The notes under the pieces were generated by a model. The model saw only the letters and a program-made list of their open reading frames with translations, searched no databases and was not told the origin of the DNA. Position numbers and translations under genes: made by a program. A DNA stretch of 63,571 bases, taken from positions 1-63,571 of the IMG/VR virus record IMGVR_UViG_3300032214_000555. One strand, given 5' to 3'. The DNA comes from a virus. Lineage: Duplodnaviria; Caudoviricetes. This document shows, piece by piece, positions 16,361 to 25,721 of the stretch (its first letter is position 1; each line of letters opens with the position of its first letter).

Positions 16361-16436
16361 GGTTCATTGGTTGAATGGTCACAATACCACCCTGTCACGG
16401 TGTGTGGTACGGGTTCGAATCCCGTATGAACCGCCA
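16361..16436 (+). tRNA. trnD: tRNA-Asp(GTC)
   Basis: Cloverleaf; CACC-CT-GTC-AC-GGTG; G73, encoded CCA. Confidence 0.92.
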
Positions 16437-16460
16437 TAGTTTAATTTAAATAAATAAAAA

Positions 16461-16802
16461 ATGAAAGAAGTAGGATTAAGCATTATGTTGTTTTTCAACA
16501 CTTTGTTGGGTGGTGTAGACCCGGCATTATCAAATGAAAGAGGTGCTATTGCAAACATTAAAAAAGAAATTAAAGTTTTGCAAAGGCAAATAGAATGGGA
16601 ATCTGTAACAACAACAGATTATGCAACCCGTTGGGTGAAGATTAAAAAGATTAATGATAAGATTGACAACCTTAAAAATCAGATTAAAACAATTGAAGTT
16701 CGTGCCAAAATAAAAGAGAAGTGGGCAGCAGAAGATTCATTGGAAATTATTAAACAATATCCACCGTTAAAGTTGGAAGAATCAAAATCTGAAAACATTT
16801 AA
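16461..16802 (+). CDS. Hypothetical protein with N-terminal hydrophobic segment and coiled coil
   Basis: ORF between tRNAs with A-rich start context. Confidence 0.7.
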   Translation: MKEVGLSIMLFFNTLLGGVDPALSNERGAIANIKKEIKVLQRQIEWESVTTTDYATRWVKIKKINDKIDNLKNQIKTIEVRAKIKEKWAAEDSLEIIKQYPPLKLEESKSENI

Positions 16803-16807
16803 AGTAT

Positions 16808-16881
<74 letters not shown>

Positions 16882-16901
16882 CTAACCATCCAATTTAATT
16901 T

Positions 16902-17255
16902 ATGATTAACAAAGTAATTGTATGTTTATTAATTAGTTACAATGTATTTTCAACAGATATTGTTACAGTAACTACCTATTCAGCGAAAGCATCGCAAACG
17001 GATAGCACACCTCGAATTACTGCAAGTGGGTTCAAAATCAAACCAAACACTACACGCATTGTGGCAGTTAGTAGAGATTTAAAAAGAAAATACAAGTTTG
17101 GTACAAGAGTTAGGATTACGGGCATCGGTAAGCACAATGGTGTTTATGTAGTAAGAGACGTGATGAATAAACGATTTACCAAACGTGTGGATATTCTAAT
17201 CAGTAGAAAGGATAAACACACAAAATTTAAAAGAGCTAAACTTACAAGAGTGTAG
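16902..17255 (+). CDS. 3D-domain (MltA/RlpA-like double-psi barrel) protein
   Basis: TTYS..QTD.TP.ITASG, VAVSRDL, VVRDVM..R...RVDI. Confidence 0.85.
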   Translation: MINKVIVCLLISYNVFSTDIVTVTTYSAKASQTDSTPRITASGFKIKPNTTRIVAVSRDLKRKYKFGTRVRITGIGKHNGVYVVRDVMNKRFTKRVDILISRKDKHTKFKRAKLTRV

Positions 17256-17264
17256 GTTTAGTTT

Positions 17265-17351
17265 GCTTCGGTGGGGGAATAGGTAGACCCGCAAGACTTA
17301 AAATCTTGTTTTTGTAAAAGAGTGCTGGTTCGATTCCAGTCCGAAGTACCA
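17265..17351 (+). tRNA. trnL: tRNA-Leu(TAA)
   Basis: Variable arm; CAAGA-CT-TAA-AA-TCTTG; encoded CCA. Confidence 0.93.
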
Positions 17352-17353
17352 AT

Positions 17354-17427
17354 GGGGATTTAGTTCAGTTGGCTAGAACGCTTGATTTGCATTCAAGAGG
17401 TCGTAGGTTCGAATCCTATATTCTCCA
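17354..17427 (+). tRNA. trnA: tRNA-Ala(TGC)
   Basis: G3:U70; CTTGA-TT-TGC-AT-TCAAG. Confidence 0.93.
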
Positions 17428-17429
17428 CA

Positions 17430-17744
17430 TTACACCATCTCTAATTGACATATAGGAGGAAACAACTTATGGACATATTATCATTCGGTTTAGGGATTGC
17501 AGTGGTTGTGATTATTGGATTATCAGTAATTTCGGTTATTGCTTTTGTTAAGTCAAGGAAAATAGGAAAACAAATAGAGCAATTGGAATCAGAAATTTAC
17601 AGAGAAATACACTCTCAAATAACTGATACGCATCGTAGAATCGATGACTTTGAAAAAGATGTTTATTCTCAATTAGATTCGAGATTAGACAAATTAGAAA
17701 ATAAACTAACAACTAAAAAATAAAGTTGATTAGGGGTGGTGTAA
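17430..17744 (+). repeat. 20-bp inverted repeat (RNA stem) enclosing a CDS
   Basis: 17430-17449 pairs fully with 17725-17744 using 4 G:U pairs. Confidence 0.8.
17469..17723 (+). CDS. Single-TM coiled-coil membrane protein
   Basis: N-terminal TM helix; ends DSRLDKLENKL; start moved to ATG. Confidence 0.75.
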   Translation: MDILSFGLGIAVVVIIGLSVISVIAFVKSRKIGKQIEQLESEIYREIHSQITDTHRRIDDFEKDVYSQLDSRLDKLENKLTTKK

Positions 17745-17752
17745 GAATATTT

Positions 17753-17860
17753 GCCGGTGTGGCGGAACGAATGGGAAGTACAACCATTAGACGTACCTAT
17801 ACTAGTGTGGTGGTGTAACCGAAAAGGACATCGTGTGAGTAACCAATCTCTCCACCGGCA
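17753..17860 (+). ncRNA. Degenerate/enlarged tRNA-Leu-like RNA
   Basis: Perfect acceptor GCCGGTG/CACCGGC-A, Leu-type D stem with inserted hairpin, aberrant anticodon and T loops. Confidence 0.6.
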
Positions 17861-17867
17861 CCTCATT

Positions 17868-17944
17868 GGACTTGTAGCTCACTCGGTTAGAGCAACTGAC
17901 TCATAATCAGTAGGTACTTGGTTCGATTCCAAGCTGGTCCACCA
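17868..17944 (+). tRNA. tRNA(CAT), probably Ile2
   Basis: ACTGA-CT-CAT-AA-TCAGT; Ile-like body; third CAT tRNA in the array. Confidence 0.85.
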
Positions 17945-17960
17945 ATTAAAATTTAAACTT

Positions 17961-18527
17961 ATGGCAAATCATGTAGAGAATTACATTAGAGTTAAGAACT
18001 GTAATCAAGCAGTTATTGATGAGTTACAAAGAATCTTTTCTGTAAAGGATGAGATTGGAGATACACATACAATAGACCTTGTCAATGGTATATTTGATAT
18101 GGATTGGAAACAAGAAGATTATGATAGGGGTTGGATGCATGAATATGTAGGTTCTAAATGGGTATATGGGCAAATTGAGGGAGAGTGGGATACTGAAATT
18201 TCAATCAGTCTAACATCAGCATGGGATGCGGTAAATCCTTTATTGAAACAATTATGTTCTAAACTGATATGTATAAAAGAAAATGTTGTAATTGAAAACA
18301 GATTTGAAGATGAGAGTTTAGAACCAATGGGTGTAGCATATATTTCATCTGTATATGATTCAGTTGAATATCTTGATGAAGAAGTGGATGTATATAAGTT
18401 CTACGAAGATGAAGAATATAGAGATGAAGTTTATGAAATGCTAGAACAACTAATGGATGAAGAAAGAAGAATCCATCAGGAAGTTTTAGATGAATTAGAA
18501 GAAGAAAGAAAACAGAAAGAAGAGTAA
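17961..18527 (+). CDS. Acidic hypothetical protein (DUF1281/Api92-like)
   Basis: MANHVEN start; W...VGSKW; LTSAWD. Confidence 0.7.
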   Translation: MANHVENYIRVKNCNQAVIDELQRIFSVKDEIGDTHTIDLVNGIFDMDWKQEDYDRGWMHEYVGSKWVYGQIEGEWDTEISISLTSAWDAVNPLLKQLCSKLICIKENVVIENRFEDESLEPMGVAYISSVYDSVEYLDEEVDVYKFYEDEEYRDEVYEMLEQLMDEERRIHQEVLDELEEERKQKEE

Positions 18528-18532
18528 AATAA

Positions 18533-18618
18533 GGAGAGTTGGCAGAGTTGGTCTATCGCGATAGTCTTGAAAACTATTGACTGTTACAGGTCCATTGGTT
18601 CGAATCCAATACTCTCCT
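18533..18618 (+). tRNA. trnS: tRNA-Ser(TGA)
   Basis: Variable arm; ATAGT-CT-TGA-AA-ACTAT. Confidence 0.93.
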
Positions 18619-18623
18619 CACAT

Positions 18624-18797
18624 TGTGGTATGGTGAAAAATGATTAGCACGTGTGTTAATCTGGCAGACACACCCTCCTGTCTCGGGGGCGGGGATAAAG
18701 AAATAGATAAGTAATATGGGGTAGACCACCAAGCTGGCCAGCGGATGTTACTTATTGAATCTCCCTTTGGATGGTTCGAATCCTCCTACCACAGCCA
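18624..18797 (+). ncRNA. Giant (174-nt) tRNA-Asp(GTC)-like RNA
   Basis: 7-bp acceptor plus G-CCA, D-loop hairpin insertion, CCCTC-CT-GTC-TC-GGGGG arm, ~79-nt structured variable arm, GGTTCGAATCC T loop. Confidence 0.75.
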
Positions 18798-18851
18798 CTA
18801 TTTGGAAATGTAAAATATTTTCCGTATATTTATATTAATAAAGGAAAAATT

Positions 18852-19109
18852 ATGGCAGAATTTAGCAAACAATGGTGTGAAATCCATGACCCCCAAATGC
18901 CTTGGGATTTTGATATTGAAGAAATTGCAACAGAAATACCAAGAGGGTATTACAAACTAATGATTTGTGAAGGTTTTGGATTTATCGGTATTGGTGTAGG
19001 AATGGATAGAGAAATACAATTGTTATTTAGAGATGGGGAAGACGGGTTTGATAAAATGAACTACAAACACTTCATCAAAAAACAAAAAGAATCATCGGAT
19101 GGAATCTAA
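18852..19109 (+). CDS. Hypothetical protein
   Basis: MAEFSKQWC..ICEGFG; start moved downstream of the RNA gene. Confidence 0.75.
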   Translation: MAEFSKQWCEIHDPQMPWDFDIEEIATEIPRGYYKLMICEGFGFIGIGVGMDREIQLLFRDGEDGFDKMNYKHFIKKQKESSDGI

Positions 19110-19302
19110 TGAAGCACAATATTTAGAGTTAATGGATAGAATACATATAGCATCCGTTAATTTAGATGACCACATTTTAAATCACCCTATTTCATTAGCA
19201 AATCCTGATGTGAAACATCATTTATCAGTTGCATTGGATAATTTACTAATCGCATATTCAAATTTAGGTTATATAGAAGATGAGAATAACTCACATAAGT
19301 GA
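19099..19302 (+). CDS. Hypothetical protein
   Basis: Overlapping operon ORF. Confidence 0.65.
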   Translation: MESNEAQYLELMDRIHIASVNLDDHILNHPISLANPDVKHHLSVALDNLLIAYSNLGYIEDENNSHK

Positions 19303-20035
19303 TACACACAATCACCACTCAAAATTACAGGAAGATTTACCAGGCGGAGACCTTTTAATCCATAGTGGTGATTTCACGTCCATTGGTAGAAAATCCGAAG
19401 TAGAACGATTTATCAAATGGTTCAACAATGTGGATAATTACACATACAAAGTTTTCATCGCAGGTAATCACGACTTAACATTTGAATCGGAAGCACTACA
19501 CCGTCAGAAATCGGAATGGTTTGATGGTCCGAGAGCATACGATACTAAACCTGGTATTGGAAAACCTTATTGGTTATGTGAGATATTGGAAGTAGGATTA
19601 GCAGGTTCTGTATTCTATTTGGAAAATGAAACAATTGATATTGAAGGTGTGAAGATTTGGGGTTCTCCTTGCTCTCCTACATTCGGTAGAGATTGGGCAT
19701 TCAATGTGGATAGGGGTGAGCCATCTGAAAAACTTTGGAGTACAATTCCAATGGATACTGATATTGTAATTACACATGGACCTATGTATGGTGTATTGGA
19801 TGTAGCATACAATAGTGGATTGCCAGTTGGGTGTGAAGATTTGTACAATAGATTACAAATAGTAAAACCAAACCTACACTTTTGTGGACACGTTCATGAG
19901 GGATACGGTTACAAACAATTAGGAGATATGTATTCATTTAATGGTGCATCTGTATCTTTGGAGTATCAGTATAAAAATAAACCAATCAGTTTTGATTACG
20001 ATTTTAATACAAAAGAGATAAACTTTTTAATGTAA
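19280..20035 (+). CDS. Calcineurin-like metallophosphoesterase
   Basis: SDTH, HSGD, GNHD, THGP, GHVHE motifs. Confidence 0.93.
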   Translation: MRITHISDTHNHHSKLQEDLPGGDLLIHSGDFTSIGRKSEVERFIKWFNNVDNYTYKVFIAGNHDLTFESEALHRQKSEWFDGPRAYDTKPGIGKPYWLCEILEVGLAGSVFYLENETIDIEGVKIWGSPCSPTFGRDWAFNVDRGEPSEKLWSTIPMDTDIVITHGPMYGVLDVAYNSGLPVGCEDLYNRLQIVKPNLHFCGHVHEGYGYKQLGDMYSFNGASVSLEYQYKNKPISFDYDFNTKEINFLM

Positions 20036-20036
20036 T

Positions 20037-20876
20037 ATGAGAAACATTGCTATATTTTCAGGAGCATCTAATACATTTGGATTAGGTTTAGAAATTCAAT
20101 TTAGAGATAAATACAATGATGATAAATGGTTGAAAGAAAATGGTATGATGTTACCGTTACCAAGAGAACCAGAAGATATTCCATTTTGGAAAGAACATAG
20201 GTGGTCAAAATTGGTATGTGATGAATTGGGCTTGATTCAATATAATATTCACGATGATTACGTTCATAAATCACATCCACTAGGGGGTAATGCAATTGAA
20301 ACACTTTGGATGCTAAATAAAAAAGACCCAAGTTTAAAAGAAACATTAAAAAATACAAAGTATATATTTTTAGAAATATCATATTTGAGATGGTGGGATG
20401 AATTTTTACACGGTTCAGGTGATGGAAAAGAATACCCAAACACTATTAGAGAAATTATAGATTTGATAAATAATAAAAATAGTGATGGTCAGACTGTTGC
20501 AAAAGCATTAGAATGGGTTAAAAACGTTGATGAAGAAATCTATTTTAAAGAATCTTTTAACAAATTTAAAGATTTTAAAGATGAAAATCCTGATATAGAA
20601 TTTGTATTTGTTCCTTGGTATGAAGGCATTCCCATTAGTATAATTAATTCTTTTAAAGATGAATTTGTAAATTTGGGAGAATATGTTGGAATGCATAAAT
20701 ACATTCAACTTAATAAATTATCCATTGGTGATGCTGCAAAAGCATACAATGGTAATTATAAATATAATTATAAAGATGACCACCCATCTAAATTAGGACA
20801 CAGACATGTTGCTAATTTTGTAATTAACCACATAAATAAAAATAATGATTTGGAAACCATTCCATTTAAAAAATAA
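20037..20876 (+). CDS. SGNH-hydrolase-like protein
   Basis: FSGASNTFG at the N-terminus, DDHPSKLGH at the C-terminus. Confidence 0.7.
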   Translation: MRNIAIFSGASNTFGLGLEIQFRDKYNDDKWLKENGMMLPLPREPEDIPFWKEHRWSKLVCDELGLIQYNIHDDYVHKSHPLGGNAIETLWMLNKKDPSLKETLKNTKYIFLEISYLRWWDEFLHGSGDGKEYPNTIREIIDLINNKNSDGQTVAKALEWVKNVDEEIYFKESFNKFKDFKDENPDIEFVFVPWYEGIPISIINSFKDEFVNLGEYVGMHKYIQLNKLSIGDAAKAYNGNYKYNYKDDHPSKLGHRHVANFVINHINKNNDLETIPFKK

Positions 20877-20878
20877 AT

Positions 20879-21502
20879 ATGAAAGTAGAATTTAAGGATA
20901 CATTTTTTGAAAGTGTAGAAAAATTAGTTTGGTACAATACTAAACTATACAAAGTATGGGAATTTTTCAGAAGAGGAATACCTACATTTATTGGCAACAT
21001 TTGGAGATTCCGTAAAGAGTTGTATAATCACCAATGGTGGGATTATAGATACACATTGGAAATGTTACGTCGTTCTTTGATAATTATGGAAAAGAATTTA
21101 CAATCAAAGGGAATCGAAGAACCATTAAACAGAGCTAAGAAACTCAATAAGATTCGTAGAGCAATTAAATTGTTAAACAATAGATTAGATGATAACTATG
21201 TTGACCAAGCAGAAGCAGAACTAGGGAAGTTATTTTTAAGAGAACCTGAATTTGAACCATTGGAAAATGGAACATATCGTTTAATAAATGACCTAAGTAC
21301 GGAAGAAACTGTTCATAATAAAAAAGTATTTAAATTAGCATCTACAATAGATGATAGAGAGTGGAGAGAATTATGGAATATCTTCAAAGGACAATCTGGT
21401 TTGGATTATAAAAAATATTTAAAAACTCTACCAAAAGAAGAATGGGGAACTGCTTGGGATAAATGGTTCAATGGTTCTGATATGAGAGGTTGGTGGGATT
21501 AA
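20879..21502 (+). CDS. Conserved hypothetical phage protein
   Basis: Trp-rich ORF ending MRGWWD. Confidence 0.8.
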   Translation: MKVEFKDTFFESVEKLVWYNTKLYKVWEFFRRGIPTFIGNIWRFRKELYNHQWWDYRYTLEMLRRSLIIMEKNLQSKGIEEPLNRAKKLNKIRRAIKLLNNRLDDNYVDQAEAELGKLFLREPEFEPLENGTYRLINDLSTEETVHNKKVFKLASTIDDREWRELWNIFKGQSGLDYKKYLKTLPKEEWGTAWDKWFNGSDMRGWWD

Positions 21503-21513
21503 ATTAACATATT

Positions 21514-21681
21514 ATGATACAAAGTATATTAATAGTAGGATTGATATTATTTCCAGCTTTGGCATATCTTTGTTGGATGTGGATAAAGGGAATTGATTAT
21601 ATGAAAGAGAATCATCCAGACTATAAAGGTGATGATTTGTTTGGTGAATTTGATGAAAATGACAAGAATCAAATAGGGTAG
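21514..21681 (+). CDS. Small membrane protein
   Basis: 55 aa read by hand; TM helix then GIDYMKENHPDYKG. Confidence 0.65.
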   Translation: MIQSILIVGLILFPALAYLCWMWIKGIDYMKENHPDYKGDDLFGEFDENDKNQIG

Positions 21682-22775
21682 TGGAAAATTTAATAGCATT
21701 TATAGGTTATGGAAACCAACTACCAATAATGCTTGGTATGTTTGGTAAAGAAAATGTAGAATATTTATCTGAATTCGATGCCAGAGCATTTGATAATTCA
21801 CATGAACAAATATATTATCATAATAAATTAAATGCAAAGATATATTTTTTTAATCATCCAACTGATTTTTTAAAACAATCAAATGAATTTTTTAAAAGTT
21901 TTAACAGATGTGTGATATTTGTAGAAGATTTAGAAAGTAGATTGATTGATGATAGGTTGTTTCAATTGAACATATCTTGGCCTAATATAAAAAAGGTATT
22001 CATTTGGCATTACGGTGAAGTATTTGAACCTAGATTTATAAAAAGAATAAAAGAAATAGAATACGATTTAATTCTTTCTGGTTCAAAAAGACCTTTATTA
22101 GAAAAAGAACCTAATTTTTATTTTGATTTACTATTTCCGTTTAGATATTTCAGATATTATATAGGATATTATTATTTAGAAGATTTGGTAAAAAATATAC
22201 CATTACCAAAATATGACAAATTAAAATCAAAGTTGTTTTCTTATGTAAGAGCACGTGGTACGGGAAATTGGAGAACAGAAATTCTTAATGAAAATCCTAA
22301 AATTGCTAAAATGTTAAATCCAAAGGATTCTGCCAATGATGCATATGATTTGTTATATCCTAAATACAAACACTTTGAAGCAATAAATGATTACTTGTAT
22401 TGTAATTATAATTTAGTATTCGAAACATTAAATTACGCAAACGATACGGAACGATTTATTACAGAGAAGACATTTAAAGGATTATTTTTTGGAAAACCAA
22501 TATTTCTTGTATCTTCTTATGAAACTTTAAATCAACTCAAAGAAATGGGGTTTTACTTATTAAATTTTGATTTTATGGAAAACATAAATTCAAGATGGGA
22601 TGTAAAACAAAGTATAACTTTATTTACAGAGTGGTTGGATAGTGCATCCGATGATGAAATAGAAAAACGATATAATGAATCATTAGAAAAATCTATACAG
22701 AATAGATATAAACTGATGCAGTATCTAAATGACTATTCGGAAATGGAAAGCATATTTAAGAAACTATTAAACTAA
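21681..22775 (+). CDS. Glycosyltransferase-like protein (GT-B, EKT motif)
   Basis: NLVFET..FITEKTFKGL..KPIF. Confidence 0.65.
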   Translation: MENLIAFIGYGNQLPIMLGMFGKENVEYLSEFDARAFDNSHEQIYYHNKLNAKIYFFNHPTDFLKQSNEFFKSFNRCVIFVEDLESRLIDDRLFQLNISWPNIKKVFIWHYGEVFEPRFIKRIKEIEYDLILSGSKRPLLEKEPNFYFDLLFPFRYFRYYIGYYYLEDLVKNIPLPKYDKLKSKLFSYVRARGTGNWRTEILNENPKIAKMLNPKDSANDAYDLLYPKYKHFEAINDYLYCNYNLVFETLNYANDTERFITEKTFKGLFFGKPIFLVSSYETLNQLKEMGFYLLNFDFMENINSRWDVKQSITLFTEWLDSASDDEIEKRYNESLEKSIQNRYKLMQYLNDYSEMESIFKKLLN

Positions 22776-22939
22776 TGGAGCAAAAACAATACGAAGACAT
22801 CAAAAAGTTGTTAGAAGAAATCAGAGATTTACTGGCAACTACACAATCACAACCTACTACCAAAATTACAGTCGTTGGTAATGGGCAGGGGCAGAAAACA
22901 ACGAAGGGATTGAAATCAGAAGAAGATTTTTCTTTTTAA
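22775..22939 (+). CDS. Hypothetical protein
   Basis: 54-aa coupled ORF read by hand. Confidence 0.55.
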   Translation: MEQKQYEDIKKLLEEIRDLLATTQSQPTTKITVVGNGQGQKTTKGLKSEEDFSF

Positions 22940-22957
22940 AAATATATTTTAAGTTTT

Positions 22958-22991
22958 GCTTGACTTTTTGCGCGGAATTGTGTATATTGTA
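22958..22991 (+). promoter_or_regulatory. Early-type promoter of the repeated cassette
   Basis: GCTTGACTTTTTGCGCGGAATT identical to the copy at 4444. Confidence 0.75.
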
Positions 22992-23040
22992 AGGTAATTG
23001 AGAGTGAGAGACGTTTCTCCTCTTTTAACCCCTTTCCGAT

Positions 23041-23259
23041 ATGACTTTTTTAAAAATGTGTGCTTCCTACGATTCTTATTTCAATTACTTATTTGGTGAT
23101 AAAGAATCTATTTCAGGTTTTAAATCAATTTCATCTAAAAAAGATATTGTTGATTTGATTATCAAAAATGACTTGATGTATCACAACGATTACATCTCCA
23201 AACCAATCTACAAACGAGCAGAAAAACATTTAATAAAATGTTTAACAATTATTTCGTAA
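23041..23259 (+). CDS. Hypothetical protein
   Basis: ATG follows the CCTTTCCGAT leader. Confidence 0.7.
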   Translation: MTFLKMCASYDSYFNYLFGDKESISGFKSISSKKDIVDLIIKNDLMYHNDYISKPIYKRAEKHLIKCLTIIS

Positions 23260-23262
23260 AAT

Positions 23263-23296
23263 GCTTGACATTACGGATATTTCTTCGTATATTGTA
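23263..23296 (+). promoter_or_regulatory. Early-type promoter
   Basis: GCTTGACA...CGTATATTGTA. Confidence 0.65.
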
Positions 23297-23329
23297 GAAT
23301 AATTAATAAACAACATAAATTTCCGAGCT

Positions 23330-25552
23330 ATGAGTTTTTTCAACAAATTTAAGGGTACTGATTCAAAGAAATCGGCATCTTCCTATTGGTTTGATGAGCA
23401 CGATTCATCCTATGATTATTTGGATTTATATTCAGATTGGGGTAAAGATGAGTTGGCATCATATAAGAAAACCAATGACCTTTACAAATTATCAGCAACC
23501 CGCAGAGCAGTTGCTAACTTTGTGAATATCGTAACACAGAAAAACATTCCTGTTACTTTCGCTACCAAATCTAACTCCTGCACAGATGGAGAGAGAGTTA
23601 TTTTATCTGCCGATGTGGATAATAACTTTGACGTTTCTGTGGGTTTAGCATTACACGAAGGTTCTCACATTGTTTTATCTGATTTTGGTTTATTAACCGA
23701 AATGAATACGGCATTCGATACATTCCGATATGCTCAACGAGAGGTTGCGGCAAGCGGTGGTGATTTGGATTCTAAAATAGAATACACAATCAACAACTGT
23801 AAGTTCCGCGATGGTTTAGGTGAAATGTACTATTCTACCGGTAAGATTGGTGGTAAGGTTGCGGTAAATGATGAAATCAAAAATCTAATCGGTTCTTTAA
23901 CCAATTGGATTGAAGACAGACGTATTGACCGTTACATTTACAATTCAGCACCTGGTTACAGAGATTACTACACATCTATGTATGATTTCTACTTTAATGA
24001 TAAAGCAATCACAAAGGGTATCGAATCAGACGAATACACAGAAGAGGATATTGAATCTTATATGTTCCGTATCATCAACTTACACAACGAGAAAACAGAC
24101 CTTTCTAAACTAAAAGGTTTGAGAGCAATCTATCGTTTGATTGACCTTAAAAACATTGACCGTTTGAAATCAACAGAAGATGTATTTAACCTTTCTATTG
24201 ATGTTGCTTCTATCATTTTAGATAATATTACAATCGGTGATGGTAAAGGTGGTGATAGTGGTAAAGATGCCGGAAAAGGTGATGGCCAAGCAAGTGATAC
24301 TACGGATTCTAATGGTGAATCATCTGATGGTGAAGGTAATGATGGAGATGGTATCCAAATGGAAGCAGGTGATGACTTCGAGGGTTCTGATTCAGATGGT
24401 GATTCTGATGGAGATGCTTCTTCTACCTCTGATATTAAGAAAGGTAAAGAATCTTTAAGTGCTAGTGCTAAGAAACAATTGGATAAGAAAATCCAAAAGC
24501 AAAAAGACTTCTTAGATGGCAAGGTTAAGAAGAAACAAATCTCCAAAGGAGAAGCTGAGAAATTACAGAACATTGCAGATTCTGACTCACAGGTTGTTAG
24601 GGTTGGTAATGATTATGAGCATAAATATTCAGTTACCAAAGGTGTGGATTGTATCGTAGTTAAGAACTTAACAGAAAAATTGCTTGAACAAGATGACTTT
24701 CCTTTCTCTCGCATTGATTGGAAAACTAAGAAACCATCTGAATGGGCACGTGAAGAAGTAACCAAAGGTATTACATTAGGAACTATTTTAGGTAAAAAAT
24801 TGCAAGTTCGTAATGAGAATCGTGAAACGGTTTATAGCCGATTGGTTAAAGGTAAGATTGATGGTAGAATGGTTGCTTCATTAGGATACGATAATGAGAA
24901 TGTATTCTACACCAAAGAAGTTGACCAATATAAGAAAGCAAACTTACACATCTCAATTGACTACTCCGGCTCTATGCATGGTGATAAGTTGCGCAAGGCA
25001 ATCACTTCTACGGTGGCAATCGTTAAGGCTTGCGAGATGGCAAGAAACATTAATGTGCAAGTATCTATCCGTTCTACGGATGCTAGTAACAGAGCACTAC
25101 CTTACATTGCAGTTGTGCATGATTCCCGTAAGAATTCATTCAGACAGTTCTGTAAGTATATGAGTATCTTACAAGCAAACAATACAACACCAGAAGGGTT
25201 GTGTTTCGAAGCAATTCAGAAGCAACTGATTCCTACATCAAATGATATGGATTCTTATTTCTTAAACTTCTCAGATGGGCAACCGTGTTACTCAATTGGT
25301 ACTAACGATGACTCTATTAACTATCAAGGAGAAGCAGCAGCAGAACACACCAGAAAGCAGGTAAATAAAATGAGAAATGCCGGAATCAATACTCTATCAT
25401 ATTTCATTTCAGATTATTCAGAAGAAAGAATGATGAGTTCATCCGATTGGAGAATCTTCCAAAAGTGTTACGGAAAGGATGCCAAATGTGTCAATGTAGA
25501 GAATATGATGCAGGTAGCCAAAACGATGAATGAATTATTTCTTAAAAAGTAA
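23330..25552 (+). CDS. vWA-domain protein with N-terminal HExxH peptidase-like domain (CobT-like)
   Basis: LHEGSH, NWIEDRRID, acidic linker, MIDAS DYSGS, FSDGQP. Confidence 0.88.
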   Translation: MSFFNKFKGTDSKKSASSYWFDEHDSSYDYLDLYSDWGKDELASYKKTNDLYKLSATRRAVANFVNIVTQKNIPVTFATKSNSCTDGERVILSADVDNNFDVSVGLALHEGSHIVLSDFGLLTEMNTAFDTFRYAQREVAASGGDLDSKIEYTINNCKFRDGLGEMYYSTGKIGGKVAVNDEIKNLIGSLTNWIEDRRIDRYIYNSAPGYRDYYTSMYDFYFNDKAITKGIESDEYTEEDIESYMFRIINLHNEKTDLSKLKGLRAIYRLIDLKNIDRLKSTEDVFNLSIDVASIILDNITIGDGKGGDSGKDAGKGDGQASDTTDSNGESSDGEGNDGDGIQMEAGDDFEGSDSDGDSDGDASSTSDIKKGKESLSASAKKQLDKKIQKQKDFLDGKVKKKQISKGEAEKLQNIADSDSQVVRVGNDYEHKYSVTKGVDCIVVKNLTEKLLEQDDFPFSRIDWKTKKPSEWAREEVTKGITLGTILGKKLQVRNENRETVYSRLVKGKIDGRMVASLGYDNENVFYTKEVDQYKKANLHISIDYSGSMHGDKLRKAITSTVAIVKACEMARNINVQVSIRSTDASNRALPYIAVVHDSRKNSFRQFCKYMSILQANNTTPEGLCFEAIQKQLIPTSNDMDSYFLNFSDGQPCYSIGTNDDSINYQGEAAAEHTRKQVNKMRNAGINTLSYFISDYSEERMMSSSDWRIFQKCYGKDAKCVNVENMMQVAKTMNELFLKK

Positions 25553-25573
25553 AGCTCGGAAAGCGGTAAGATT

Positions 25574-25598
25574 GGGGACCTAAAAAATCCCCTTTTTT
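25574..25598 (+). terminator. Intrinsic terminator
   Basis: GGGGA...TCCCC-TTTTTT. Confidence 0.65.
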
Positions 25599-25619
25599 AT
25601 TAAAAGTTTTTCACAAAAC

Positions 25620-25654
25620 GCTTGTTTTTTTGCTCACAATTTTGTATATTTGTT
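25620..25654 (+). promoter_or_regulatory. Early-type promoter
   Basis: GCTTGTTTTTTTGCTCACAATTT shared with 41659; TATATTTG. Confidence 0.7.
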
Positions 25655-25721
25655 ATATGTGAGAGAGTGATGTAACTCTCCCCATTTCAACCTTAAATTT
25701 TTTAATCTTAAACATACCATT

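Noticed and set aside
17785-17805. CTA as an amber-suppressor anticodon in the Leu-like RNA
   Set aside because: No valid 5-bp stem/7-nt loop; TAG and TGA behave as normal stops, so there is no sign of recoding
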